Of a stretch of 64,000 nucleotides of DNA, positions 9,737 through 19,504 are shown one piece after another; position 1 is the first letter of the stretch; each line of letters opens with the position of its first letter. Location of the stretch: assembly GCA_000092065.1 (NCBI GenBank), contig CP000600.1. One strand, 5' to 3'. Both the position numbers and the translations under genes were made by a program. A model generated the notes under the pieces. It did not search any database. It was not told the origin of the DNA and was given only the letters and a program-made list of their open reading frames with translations. Source of the stretch: Ostreococcus lucimarinus (Eukaryota).

Positions 9737-10930
9737 ATGCTGCGCGCGCGGCGCGCGTGCGAGGCGCTGATGCGCGCGACCGCGCGCGCGACGGCGTCGA
9801 CGCCCGAGGCGCGGGCCGGGGCGACGCCGACGCGCGCGGGACGCCGACGCGCGCGAAGGACGGTGACGCGGCGAACGACGACGACGCGCGCGACGGGACG
9901 CGAGGACGCCGATGGGGCGACGAGGAAACGACGCGTGGTGTTTCTCGGGACGCCGGAGTGCGCGAAGGAGGTGCTGGCGCGGGTGCTGGACGCGGCGGAG
10001 GGGAGGGAGAGCGCGTTCGAGGTCGCGGCGGTGGTGTCGCAGCCGGGACGACCGCGAGGGCGAGGAAGGAAGAGCGATGAAGCGGCGCCGAGCCCGGTGG
10101 CGGAGTTGGCGCTGCGGCGAGGGATGGCGGAAGACAGGGTGCTTTGTCCGGAGAAGGCGAACGAGGAGTGGTTTCTGGACGCGCTGCGCGCGCTCGACGT
10201 CGACTTGGCGGTGACGGCGGCGTACGGGAACTTTTTACCGCAGAAATTCTTGGATATTCCGAAATTAGGGACGTTGAACATCCATCCGAGTTTGTTGCCG
10301 CAGTGGCGAGGGGCGGCGCCCGTGCAACGCGCGTTGGAGAGTGGACAGAGCGAGACCGGCGTGTCGGTGGCGTACACCGTGCTCAAAATGGACGCCGGTC
10401 CCGTCCTCAGACAAGTCACTCGACCGCTTAAAGGGGATGAAAAGGCGCCTGATCTCTTGACTGAGCTCTTCGAGACGGGCGTGGGGGCGTTGTTGGAGGA
10501 ATTACCGTCGGTATTTGCCGGCGACGCGGCGGCTCGAGCGGTGCCTCAGAGCGAGGAAACGCTCAGCCACGCCGCGAAAGTGAGCCCAGAGGAGGGTGAA
10601 TTAGACTTCACGAAACAGTCCGCACTGGAGTGTCACAATAAAGTGCGTGCATTTGCGGGTTGGCCCGGAACGAAAGCGACTTTGAAGATTAAGGCAAACG
10701 GGGACGAAGAATCGAAAGAGGTGGTGCTCAAAATCATCACCACTCGTGTCTCTGCCGAGGGAGATGAAAAGGCGGCGAACGGTCAAGTCGAGGTAACGAA
10801 AAAATTACTTCGCGTACCATGTGCAGGGGGCGGTTGGTTAGAGGTGCTCGAGGTTCAGCCCCCCGGAAAGAAAGCGATGCCGGCGAACGCTTTCATCAAC
10901 GGGATCAAAGGCTCAACCGTCTTCATTTAA
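9737..10930 (+). CDS. FMT: Methionyl-tRNA formyltransferase (organellar)
   Basis: VVFLGTPECAKEVL...VVSQPGRPRGRG...NIHPSLLPQWRGAAPVQRALESGQSETGVSVAYTVLKMDAGPVL are Fmt N- and C-domain motifs. Start is the first ATG (MLRARRACEAL...), which gives an R-rich presequence. Confidence 0.8.
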   Translation: MLRARRACEALMRATARATASTPEARAGATPTRAGRRRARRTVTRRTTTTRATGREDADGATRKRRVVFLGTPECAKEVLARVLDAAEGRESAFEVAAVVSQPGRPRGRGRKSDEAAPSPVAELALRRGMAEDRVLCPEKANEEWFLDALRALDVDLAVTAAYGNFLPQKFLDIPKLGTLNIHPSLLPQWRGAAPVQRALESGQSETGVSVAYTVLKMDAGPVLRQVTRPLKGDEKAPDLLTELFETGVGALLEELPSVFAGDAAARAVPQSEETLSHAAKVSPEEGELDFTKQSALECHNKVRAFAGWPGTKATLKIKANGDEESKEVVLKIITTRVSAEGDEKAANGQVEVTKKLLRVPCAGGGWLEVLEVQPPGKKAMPANAFINGIKGSTVFI

Positions 10931-10972
10931 TCTCTAGCTCATTATCATAGCACAGCAGCTAAAGCTAAAACG

Positions 10973-11896
10973 CTAAAAGTCGTCATCGTCGTAATCACCA
11001 TCCGAATCATCCGCCCTTCGCATCGACTCGCCCGGACGTAACGCCCGTATGTGCTTGTGCGGGTACGTCCGACCGCACGTCTCGCATGGTTTATTCACTC
11101 CAAATAACTCCTCATCGCTAGCATCATCGTTCTCTTCGTCCGATGATGCATCGCTATCGACGTTTGTGACGGTTTTTTCAGCGAACGGATGTCCAGGAAG
11201 CGCGTCGTGCTTCGCCAACCATCGCGTCACGCGTTCTTCTTCAAAGTTTTCCGCGCCACCGAAGTCGTCGAGCGCGCACGTCGTAAACGTCAATCGCCCG
11301 CGCCTAAATATCAGCATCGCCGGAAGCGCGCTGATACGATGTTGTCGCATCAACGCCGAGTCGTGACTTGGCCTTATGCGCACGAACTTCGTTTTAGCGA
11401 ACACGGGCGCCAAGTCATCGCACACCTCGTCGATGCGAGCGCACTGCTCCGCGCCCTCCAACACCAGGTGCGCCACCACCCTCGAGCTCGCCCGCACGGT
11501 CTCCCCCAGCGCACTCTCTTTTATTTCCACGTATCTCGCTCTTCGTGCCTCCGCCGCGGCGATCGCCGCCGCGCCTTTAAGCTCTCGTAAGCGCGCCTCT
11601 TGAATCTCTCGCAGCGCCTCGTCGTCGTCGTCGTCACCGTCTGATCTCGCCCAATCTTCGTCGTCCGCGTCTTCTTCGCCGCATTCCCCGACCACGCCTT
11701 CCGCGATTCGCATCCTCGCCGTCGAGCGATCGACTTCGCGCAGCTCGCCGAGCATGCGCGCCGCTTCTTTTTGTTTCTTCACGTCCTCCTCGCAGCATCC
11801 ACCTGGCCGAGGAATGTGCGCGCCCGCCTCCCCCATGGCGTCCAGTTCATCGTCCACCCACGTGCGACACGCGCCGGCTTGACAGTCCACGCCCAT
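10973..11896 (-). CDS. Phosducin-like / thioredoxin-fold protein (PDCL3/TXNDC9-like) with C-terminal zinc ribbon
   Basis: LGELREVD...VVAHLVLEGAEQCARIDEVCDDLAPVFAKTKFVRIRPS...LPAMLIFRRGRL matches the phosducin-like thioredoxin fold. C-terminal CETCGRTYPHKH. ATG at 11896. Confidence 0.6.
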   Translation of the reverse strand: MGVDCQAGACRTWVDDELDAMGEAGAHIPRPGGCCEEDVKKQKEAARMLGELREVDRSTARMRIAEGVVGECGEEDADDEDWARSDGDDDDDEALREIQEARLRELKGAAAIAAAEARRARYVEIKESALGETVRASSRVVAHLVLEGAEQCARIDEVCDDLAPVFAKTKFVRIRPSHDSALMRQHRISALPAMLIFRRGRLTFTTCALDDFGGAENFEEERVTRWLAKHDALPGHPFAEKTVTNVDSDASSDEENDDASDEELFGVNKPCETCGRTYPHKHIRALRPGESMRRADDSDGDYDDDDF

Positions 11897-12008
11897 GAGG
11901 TCGCCGAGCGCGTCGTCCGAGCGCGCGCGCGCGTGTGACGACGGGCCGATGATGCCGCGTAAACCCTAGGTCGGGCCGCCCGCGCGGCTCGGCAGAGCGC
12001 GAAGCGCG

Positions 12009-13196
12009 ATGCTCGTCCGACGCCCGCGCCGAACGGCGCGCGCGAGTGCGATCGAAAATGTGTTTCGAGCGCGATGCGCGCGGTTCGCGGACGCGGCGCG
12101 CGGTGGCGAGGCGAGCACGAGCGGAAAGATGCCAGAGAAAGATGGTGTCGTCGACGTCGAGGGAGCGAAAGCGAGAGCTCGCGCGCGCGCTGAGATGCTC
12201 AAAGATGAGGAGTTGGCGTCGAAAGTGCGAGCGATGATGGTTTTTGATCGAGACGTCGTGCGCGCGCACAGAGATCGAGCGGCGTACTTGCAGAATGAGG
12301 CGCTGAAACGCAGGCCCGAGCGCGCGCCGGATGGGTTGTTGGACGAGCTCGCGAGGCGTTTGTTGGATCGGTTGTTCGATATCAAACGCGGATTTAAGCG
12401 CGTGGTCGTGCTTGGTGGTGCGAGCGAAGCGATCACGCGCAGATTATTAGCGGAAAGGGACGATGTGGAGAAGATTGTCGTCGTGGATTTGTCTCAAGAT
12501 ATGCTCAATTTCGTCGAGCGGCGCATCGGAGCCGAGCCAAGACGGCGAGACGGAGCGCCTGTGGAGGTATTGTACGTGCAAGGAGACGAAGAGAATTTGC
12601 CCATTCAAGAAAATTCGGTAGATGCCGTGATTAGTTGCTTAGGATTGCACTGGGTGAACGATTTACCCGGCGCCATGTCGCGCGCGGCGGCGGCGCTCGT
12701 TCCGGATGGTCTCTTCTTGTCGTGTATTTTTGGTGGTAACACTTTACAGGAGCTTCGTGTGGCGTGCGCGCTCGCCGAGACCGAGCATGAGGGTGGTGTT
12801 AGCCCTCGAGTCTCGCCTTTAGCGCACGTGCGCGATTGTGGGAGCTTGCTCGGTCGAGCCAACCTCACGCTTCCCGCCGTCGACGTCGACATCGTCACCG
12901 TCGGCTACGCCTCTCCCGACGAGCTCGTCGAGCATTTGCGCGCCATGGCCGAGACCAACTCTGGGTTAATGCGTCGTCATCTTCTCCCTCGCGCCACCGC
13001 GCGCGCGGCGAGCGCGATGTATTCCCAAAAGTTCCCCGCCCCCGACGCCCCCGACCCCGGCGCCGTCGAAGCCACGTTTGAGATCCTGTACATGACCGGC
13101 TGGCGTCCTCATTCGAGTCAGCAGACGGCCAAGCAGCGCGGCACCGCCACGGTGTCTCTGAGCGACTTGCAAAAGCACCTCGACGGCGACGCGTGA
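12009..13196 (+). CDS. NDUFAF5: Complex I assembly factor NDUFAF5-like SAM-dependent methyltransferase (mitochondrial)
   Basis: VVDLSQDML...VISCLGLHWVNDLPGAMSRAAAALVPDGLF...ILYMTGWRPHSSQQTAKQRGTATVSLSDL aligns closely with NDUFAF5. Basic N-terminal leader. Confidence 0.8.
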   Translation: MLVRRPRRTARASAIENVFRARCARFADAARGGEASTSGKMPEKDGVVDVEGAKARARARAEMLKDEELASKVRAMMVFDRDVVRAHRDRAAYLQNEALKRRPERAPDGLLDELARRLLDRLFDIKRGFKRVVVLGGASEAITRRLLAERDDVEKIVVVDLSQDMLNFVERRIGAEPRRRDGAPVEVLYVQGDEENLPIQENSVDAVISCLGLHWVNDLPGAMSRAAAALVPDGLFLSCIFGGNTLQELRVACALAETEHEGGVSPRVSPLAHVRDCGSLLGRANLTLPAVDVDIVTVGYASPDELVEHLRAMAETNSGLMRRHLLPRATARAASAMYSQKFPAPDAPDPGAVEATFEILYMTGWRPHSSQQTAKQRGTATVSLSDLQKHLDGDA

Positions 13197-13225
13197 CGCT
13201 CGACGCAAGCCGCGCCGCCGCGACG

Positions 13226-13375
13226 GAGCGCGCCTTGTAACGCGTACGAGCAAACAGTCAGCCCAACCCGATGTGAAGTTTTATGATTCACGAAAAAGTC
13301 GGACAAAAGATTCGTTCCCGCGCATTTTCGGAGCGCGCCTTGTAACGCGTACGAGCAAACAGTCAGCCCAACCCG
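13226..13375. repeat. Direct duplication of a ~45-bp unit (gagcgcgccttgtaacgcgtacgagcaaacagtcagcccaacccg) flanking an AT-richer spacer
   Basis: The same 45-mer occurs at about 13226–13270 and about 13331–13375, in the NDUFAF5 3' / bHLH 5' intergenic region. It contains a TGTAA motif. Confidence 0.6.
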
Positions 13376-13668
13376 CCGCGACGCCATCTCGATCGAAATC
13401 CGACGCGGTCCGACCGACCGCGGCGGTCGGATCGGCGGCGCGGGTGCCGCGCGCGCGGCCGGCTCGTCCGCACACGACGACGGTCGTCGCGATCCGCGAG
13501 CGCACGAACGCGTCGAACGACGGACGACCGCGCACGTCAACGTCTCTCTCGCGCGCGCGGTGCACCGCGCGCGCGCGCCGACGAACGCGCGTCGACGGAC
13601 GTCGATCGCGAGACGTTGGAAACCCTCGCGATCAGAGGACGACGAGCGCGATCGGCGACGCGCGCGCG

Positions 13669-14442
13669 ATGGACGGCGCGACGCCGACGGCGGATTGGTT
13701 GAGCGACTTTTTTGACTCCTTTGACGCGGATGACGTCGGGGCGTTCGACGGCGCGAACGCGTTCGCGGACGTGCCGACGGAGGTGATCGGGGGTGAGGGC
13801 CCTAGGGTTCGAGCGGCGGGGACGAAACGAAAGGCGACGGAGGAGGCTGACGGGAGTCAGGATGAACGCGTCGCGGTGACGGCGACCTCGGTGGCGGCGA
13901 CCTCGGTGGCGGCGACCACGGCGGCGGCGACCACGGCGACGGGACGCTCGAATGTGTTGAGCGAAGGGGCGAAGAAGACGAAGAGCACGCGGGAGAAGCG
14001 TCGACGCGACGTTTTGAACAGTCGCTTTGAGGAGCTCAGCGCGGTGCTCGAACCGGGTGAGTCGCAGGGTGAGTCGCAGTCGAAGGCGACGGTGGTGTTC
14101 GCGGCGACGGAGTTGATCAAGCGACTGCGTGTCGAACACGCGAGGTTAGCGAACATGATCATGCGATTCCAAGAGGATAACCTGCTAAAGACGGAGCTCA
14201 CCCAAAAGCTCGCTGCGGAACGCGATCAACTCATGCAAGAAAAGACGCATTTATTGCGAGAGAAGCTTCGCATCGAGGCACAGTTACAAGGTTTCTTGAC
14301 GAGCATGCCGTTTGCGTCTCCCGCGGATGGCATGGTGTCCACGAAATCGGCGAGCGGCGTCGCGGCGTGGACCGTGCCCATGCCCTTCATGCCGGCGAGC
14401 GAAGAAGGAGAAGACGTCACCTTGCGCGCCCCTGTGGCGTAA
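13669..14442 (+). CDS. bHLH-leucine-zipper transcription factor
   Basis: KTKSTREKRRRDVLNSRFEELSAVLEP...KATVVFAATELIKRLR has the basic-helix-loop-helix signature (ERxRR..LN..F..L), followed by heptad Leu repeats. Start is the first ATG after the upstream gene (MDGATPTADW...). Confidence 0.65.
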   Translation: MDGATPTADWLSDFFDSFDADDVGAFDGANAFADVPTEVIGGEGPRVRAAGTKRKATEEADGSQDERVAVTATSVAATSVAATTAAATTATGRSNVLSEGAKKTKSTREKRRRDVLNSRFEELSAVLEPGESQGESQSKATVVFAATELIKRLRVEHARLANMIMRFQEDNLLKTELTQKLAAERDQLMQEKTHLLREKLRIEAQLQGFLTSMPFASPADGMVSTKSASGVAAWTVPMPFMPASEEGEDVTLRAPVA

Positions 14443-14544
14443 CCAATTGTCTTATGACAAATCGACATGATTTACAATTGTACCTAAAATATCCTAGTCC
14501 TAGTAATTTGTGATCATTTGTAATTTGTGATCGCAGAAAACGAA

Positions 14545-17500
14545 TCACGTGAGCCCGAGTACGGTGCGGTAATCTCGTCCAGGTTTACACACGATGAAAT
14601 CCGCCATATCGTCATACTCATCTTGCGCGCCGCCTTCTTGCGCCACGACGGCGTCCAAGTAAGGATTTCGTATGCGTTTACGAGGCTTTGATGCAGAATT
14701 TTCCCGAGACGAAACGTTCGACGGGCAGCATTTCAACACCTCTCCGTCGACGTTTTGCACGCTCTCACCGAGACGCGACAAATTTTCGCTGTAGAGTTCG
14801 ATGTCATCCATCGCGAGCGCGTTACCAATAGCCACTAAACCGCGATCAAGCGGCGTGCCACTGTTCTTCACGAGCTGAAGCGCCCTTAAGTTGGTGAAAA
14901 CTCCGGCGCAAACAACCATAAACTGTCGTCGTTTGAGTTCAAACGACCTGAGCACCTTGACGTCGTACAGATGTGACATCTTATCCGTGTTGTGATGCAA
15001 GCGAATGCCAGCGAGGACTAACGATGCATTTCGACGTTGACTTTCCAAATGTTTTTGATTTCCATCCGTGCGCGAAAGCTTCGAAGCCGCGGAAATGCAA
15101 CGTTCGAATGAATGCGTAGCCAACGACACGAAGTTTGCCTCGACGTCGTCCAACGACTTCTGCTTTGAGTGCACATGGCGCCACAATATATCACCCGACT
15201 TGACTAGAATCGTCGTCAGAGCGATGAACGCATCTTGTTTCTCAATTTTACCGTGCTGATCGTTGTCAGATGATAAATCTGTGACGATTTCATTCAAGAC
15301 ACTGAGCAAATCGTTGAGCTCATCGGGTATGGATGTCAAGGAATAGCTCAAGGCCATTTTCAACATCTCTGACGCGGTCTTGACGCAATCTGGCAGAGGG
15401 AATCGTCGACGATGATACTGTAAGATCGTGCAAGCGATGTGACACGTAGGCTCGATGGGCAACTCACGCAATTGAATAATATCGTCCTCAAGCATGACGA
15501 CAGAAGCCGACGCCAAGTCTGCATTTTCCACCAATGGCAGCATAGTGTCCAGCAAGTTCAAAACTTCATTGATGATCCGATCCCACGTATCGATCACGGT
15601 GCGTGAATTATACGTCTCTTGGAGCTGATGGTGCAAAGATGTCACGAGCGCGGCAACAACACCTGAGACTGGGGCCTCTACGCCTGCGCGTCCGGCGGCT
15701 TCGTAATCACTTCTCGCAAGATGAGGTTTACCGTAAGACGCGACTTCCTTTGCGGCGTTTTCTAATTCATCATCCGTGAAAGAAGCGCGCATCAAGTCTT
15801 GTAAAACGCCAAGATCTGGTCCGTACGACGCATTACGGCTGACAGCGAGTTCGCACAGCGCTCTGAGCGTTTGAAGAGCATCCAAAGTGGTCTTTGTCGA
15901 CCACAAATCTGAGTTCGGCGCCAATTCCTTCTTATCGAAAGCAAACCAGTTGTCTCGCAATGTTTCGACGCATTGACGCGCGCATGTATTCATAAGTGTC
16001 GCGTACTGATTAGAAGCACGCATATCACCGGAAGAAACGCGCGCCACGCGCAACGTGTGGGCACAAATTTGCGTGATGTGACGCTGCAATTCCGGAGACC
16101 ATTCCGCATCGTCAGACGAGAGCCTGACGCAACTATCAATGCACAAAGCAGATGACACGTTCCCAGCCCGCGTGTTCTCAGAACCGCAACTGAGCTGAAG
16201 ATGCATGAAAAGTAATCGCGTGATCCAACTCTCCAGCGTCTCGCTCGTACCCTCGTCGATCTTAGGGTGTTCTAATTGTTCCAACATCTCCTTGAACCAC
16301 GTCGAGTACGACAGCATGGAATCGAGGACGACTTCAACGACTGGTACAAGTTTAGCCAATACGTGCGACTCCACTTTGTCGTTTGCATCATCGAAAGCAT
16401 CGGCGTCGACGAAGTTGATTTGTTCACCATCTGTGTCTCTGGCTGACTCGGCTTGAAGGATGAGACACTCGCTCAGAGCCGATAGCAATCGAAGCGAGTT
16501 CCGCAAAATTTCTCTATTCTTGACAGATTTGCCGCTCACGTCGAGCGCCAAAATCAATCCGAGCGAGCTCGTGAGGGATTGAATCGTCGCAAAACTCAGC
16601 GTAGGGGTCTCTCTTCGCTGCGATAACGCTCTCAAGATTTCATTGATCGATAAGATGGCGTCAACCTTTGCTTCTGCCTCAGCCTTTTGCAGCATCGCTT
16701 CGTCCGCAATGGACTCGCTCGTAATCAACGTCGTCGCGACGACGAAAGCGTGTTGTCGGACACTCGAGCGGTCATCCACCATCGCGCGTTCTAAAGCCGC
16801 GATACCTGCGTCAAGATGATTGCCGGCTCGCATCATGTCACCGAGCATTTGCAAGCCTAAAATAGTTTTCGAGCAGTCGTCCTCGACGCTTTCGAACAAA
16901 GCCATCACCGGCGCGACGCCAGAGATTTTGGAGAGCGCCGCTACCGCCCTGCGCGCGATATCTCCCCCCTCTTTGACGCTCAACTGGGGTAAATATTCAA
17001 CCGCTCGCTGAATTTCACTCGACATTCTGTCGACGTGCGGCGCCGCGTCCATCTGGACAATCTCCTCGAGCGCGCGAAGCGCCGCGCGCGTTTGAACGCC
17101 CGTCGACAGCCGAGACAACAACGCGCCGAGAATTTCCACGCAAATCTCCGAATCTCTGCGCGCGATCGCTCGCAATACGTGTGCGTCGCTTTCTTTCACC
17201 TCCTCGAGCACGTATTTCGCCATGCTCTCCAACGATCTCGCATCACACGCTCTCAGCGCTCGCTCGACGTCGCTCGCGCTCGCGCTCGCCTCTCGCGCGC
17301 GTCCCCACGCCCTCGCCTCGATCAACACCGCCAACGTCGCATCCTTCGCGTCCCCTAACCGACGCACGCTCGCGTCGTACTCTTCGCACACGCGCGTCGT
17401 GAACCTCTCGTCCATCGCCGCCGCCCTTCGCGTCGCTTCGAGCGCCCGTTCGAGCGCCCGCCCGCTCGTCGACGCCGTCGCGCACAGCGTCCCCAACCAC

Positions 17501-17913
17501 GTCTCCGTCTCCGTCTCCCTCTCCTCCGCCGTTTCCTCGTCCTCGTCCGCCCGTCCGTCCGTTGCATCGTCGCACGTCCGCATCATCGCTTCGCAACACG
17601 CCCGCGCGACGATTTCGAGCGCCTCGTCGTCGTCGTCGTCCCTCGTCGCCGTCGCCATCGCGCGCGCGCCCTCGAGCGCGCGTCGTCGACATCGCGCGTC
17701 GTCGTCTCGCGTCATCCCTCGTCCGTTCGCCACGCATCGCATCGCTCGCGCGAGGTTCTCGCGCGTCCACGCCGCGTCGACGATCGCGCGCGGCGTCGAC
17801 ATCGCGCGTCGTCGGTCGGCGTCGTCGAGTGTCGCGCGCGGCGTCGTCGTTTGAATCCGACGCGCCGTCTGAATCCGACGGACGCGCACACGGACGCGCG
17901 CGGAACTCGACAA
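14545..17913 (-). CDS. Large (1122 aa) alpha-helical protein of unknown function
   Basis: One uninterrupted ORF with complex, non-repetitive sequence throughout. C-terminal tail PRKRIRNPYLDAVVAQEGGAQDEYDDMADFIV. No family confidently recognised. Confidence 0.5.
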   Translation of the reverse strand: MSSSARVRVRVRRIQTARRIQTTTPRATLDDADRRRAMSTPRAIVDAAWTRENLARAMRCVANGRGMTRDDDARCRRRALEGARAMATATRDDDDDEALEIVARACCEAMMRTCDDATDGRADEDEETAEERETETETWLGTLCATASTSGRALERALEATRRAAAMDERFTTRVCEEYDASVRRLGDAKDATLAVLIEARAWGRAREASASASDVERALRACDARSLESMAKYVLEEVKESDAHVLRAIARRDSEICVEILGALLSRLSTGVQTRAALRALEEIVQMDAAPHVDRMSSEIQRAVEYLPQLSVKEGGDIARRAVAALSKISGVAPVMALFESVEDDCSKTILGLQMLGDMMRAGNHLDAGIAALERAMVDDRSSVRQHAFVVATTLITSESIADEAMLQKAEAEAKVDAILSINEILRALSQRRETPTLSFATIQSLTSSLGLILALDVSGKSVKNREILRNSLRLLSALSECLILQAESARDTDGEQINFVDADAFDDANDKVESHVLAKLVPVVEVVLDSMLSYSTWFKEMLEQLEHPKIDEGTSETLESWITRLLFMHLQLSCGSENTRAGNVSSALCIDSCVRLSSDDAEWSPELQRHITQICAHTLRVARVSSGDMRASNQYATLMNTCARQCVETLRDNWFAFDKKELAPNSDLWSTKTTLDALQTLRALCELAVSRNASYGPDLGVLQDLMRASFTDDELENAAKEVASYGKPHLARSDYEAAGRAGVEAPVSGVVAALVTSLHHQLQETYNSRTVIDTWDRIINEVLNLLDTMLPLVENADLASASVVMLEDDIIQLRELPIEPTCHIACTILQYHRRRFPLPDCVKTASEMLKMALSYSLTSIPDELNDLLSVLNEIVTDLSSDNDQHGKIEKQDAFIALTTILVKSGDILWRHVHSKQKSLDDVEANFVSLATHSFERCISAASKLSRTDGNQKHLESQRRNASLVLAGIRLHHNTDKMSHLYDVKVLRSFELKRRQFMVVCAGVFTNLRALQLVKNSGTPLDRGLVAIGNALAMDDIELYSENLSRLGESVQNVDGEVLKCCPSNVSSRENSASKPRKRIRNPYLDAVVAQEGGAQDEYDDMADFIVCKPGRDYRTVLGLT

Positions 17914-18050
17914 AGCGCGGCGCGGACGAACGCGTCGACGTCGGCGCTCGCGTCGGCGGCGCGCCTACACTCGACGGCGCCCACGCGCGAGTCGGCATGG
18001 CGCGCGCGCGCGCGCTCGCGCGATTGATGACGACGACGACGCGAGGCGTC

Positions 18051-18051
<1 letters not shown>

Positions 18052-18095
<44 letters not shown>
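18052..18095. repeat. (GAC)n microsatellite (~14 units), followed by an 18-bp tandem (aacgcggcgacg)x3
   Basis: Seen directly in the sequence. It lies in the leader upstream of the COX15 catalytic region and encodes poly-Thr in the long ORF frame. Confidence 0.8.
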
Positions 18096-18096
<1 letters not shown>

Positions 18097-18281
18097 CGCG
18101 GCGACGCGCGATGCCGATGCCGATGACGATGACGATGGGACGCGAGACGGTGACGCGCGCGCGCGCGAGCGCGAGTCGACGCGCGGTGCGCGAGTTTACG
18201 TCGCTCGGACGGCGCGGATGGGACGCGACGAGCGCGAACGCGACGACGAACGCGGCGACGAACGCGGCGACGAACGCGGCG

Positions 18282-19463
18282 ATGGCGAGCGCGGCGACGC
18301 GAGCGATGGTGAGAAGGATGCGGTCGACGATGGCGACGACGGCGCAGGCGACGCCGTCGATGACGTTGGTCGTCGGAGGCGAACGGGCGACGCGACGGGT
18401 GGCGTGGTGGCTCGGCGGAGGGTGCGCGTGGGTGTTCTCCATGGTCGTCCTGGGAGGGATGACGAGGCTGACGAGGAGCGGATTGTCGATGACGGATTGG
18501 AAGTTTGAGTACGAGCATCCACCGCTCACGGACGAGGATTGGGCGAAAGAGTTTGAAAAGTACAAGCAAAGCCCAGAGTACAAGAAGTCGAACTTGGGGA
18601 TGACGGTGGAGGAGTACAAATTTATTTATTGGATGGAGTACGGGCACCGCATGTGGGGGCGCGTTTTGGGGTTGTACTTCGTCGCCCCGCTCGCGTACTT
18701 TGCGTCGAAAGGGTACGTCACCTCGGCGTTGGCGAAGCGATTGGGAGTCTTCTTCGTTCTCGGCGCGGCGCAAGGCATGATTGGCTGGTGGATGGTGAAG
18801 AGCGGTCTCGAGGAGCAAGAGTTTTCGTACGACGTGCCGCGAGTGAGTCCGTATCGACTCGCCACACACTTGACGGGAGCGTTTACCATTTACACCGGTA
18901 TGCTTTGGACGACTTTGAACGTCATCTATCCCGTTTCGCCGAGTCAAAGCGCTGGAGCGAGCAAGGCGCTCATCGACGCGACGAAGCGTTTGCATCGCGT
19001 GGTGCACCCGCTCGCCGGTCTAATCGGCGTGACGGCCATCTCTGGAGCTTACGTCGCGGGCATGGATGCAGGTCGTGCTTACAACACATTTCCTTTGATG
19101 GGCGGACGCTGGATTCCAGAAGAGTACCTCGACCAGTGGGAGCAGAAAGGCTGGAGAAATTTCTTTGAAAACACCGCCGCGGTGCAGTTTGATCATCGCG
19201 TCCTCGCCTTGACCACCTTGGCGAGCGTATCAGCCGTTTGGCTCGGTCATCGAAATTCTACCGCATTGCATCCGAGAACTAGAATGCTTCTCCACGCCCT
19301 CCTCGCCACGACCGCGGGGCAGGTGACTCTCGGAGTCACCACGCTCCTTCATCATGTGCCCGTCGAGCTCGGCTCGGCGCACCAAGCGGGAGCGTTAACT
19401 CTGTTCACCGTTGTCTTAGCCTTAATGCACTCCTTAAGAGGGCCTAAACGCTTGCGAATTTAG
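18282..19463 (+). CDS. COX15: Heme A synthase COX15 (mitochondrial)
   Basis: WKFEYEHPPLTDEDWAKEFEKYKQSPEYKKSNLGMTVEEYKFIYWMEYGHRMWGRVLGLYF... with multiple TM helices and conserved His. Start placed at MASAATRAMVRRMRST (ATG at 18282). An alternative upstream ATG at 18111 would include the poly-Thr tract. Confidence 0.8.
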   Translation: MASAATRAMVRRMRSTMATTAQATPSMTLVVGGERATRRVAWWLGGGCAWVFSMVVLGGMTRLTRSGLSMTDWKFEYEHPPLTDEDWAKEFEKYKQSPEYKKSNLGMTVEEYKFIYWMEYGHRMWGRVLGLYFVAPLAYFASKGYVTSALAKRLGVFFVLGAAQGMIGWWMVKSGLEEQEFSYDVPRVSPYRLATHLTGAFTIYTGMLWTTLNVIYPVSPSQSAGASKALIDATKRLHRVVHPLAGLIGVTAISGAYVAGMDAGRAYNTFPLMGGRWIPEEYLDQWEQKGWRNFFENTAAVQFDHRVLALTTLASVSAVWLGHRNSTALHPRTRMLLHALLATTAGQVTLGVTTLLHHVPVELGSAHQAGALTLFTVVLALMHSLRGPKRLRI

Positions 19464-19504
19464 ACTGCTTGCTTGCTTTAATTGATTCATCGCTATTGAT
19501 TCTA

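Noticed and set aside
17243-19007. Two long minus-strand ORFs (17243–18619 and 17712–19007)
   Set aside because: Both are antisense to COX15 and its leader. They are R-rich and repetitive (RRRRR, HRHRHR) with no domain, typical shadow ORFs of GC-rich coding DNA.
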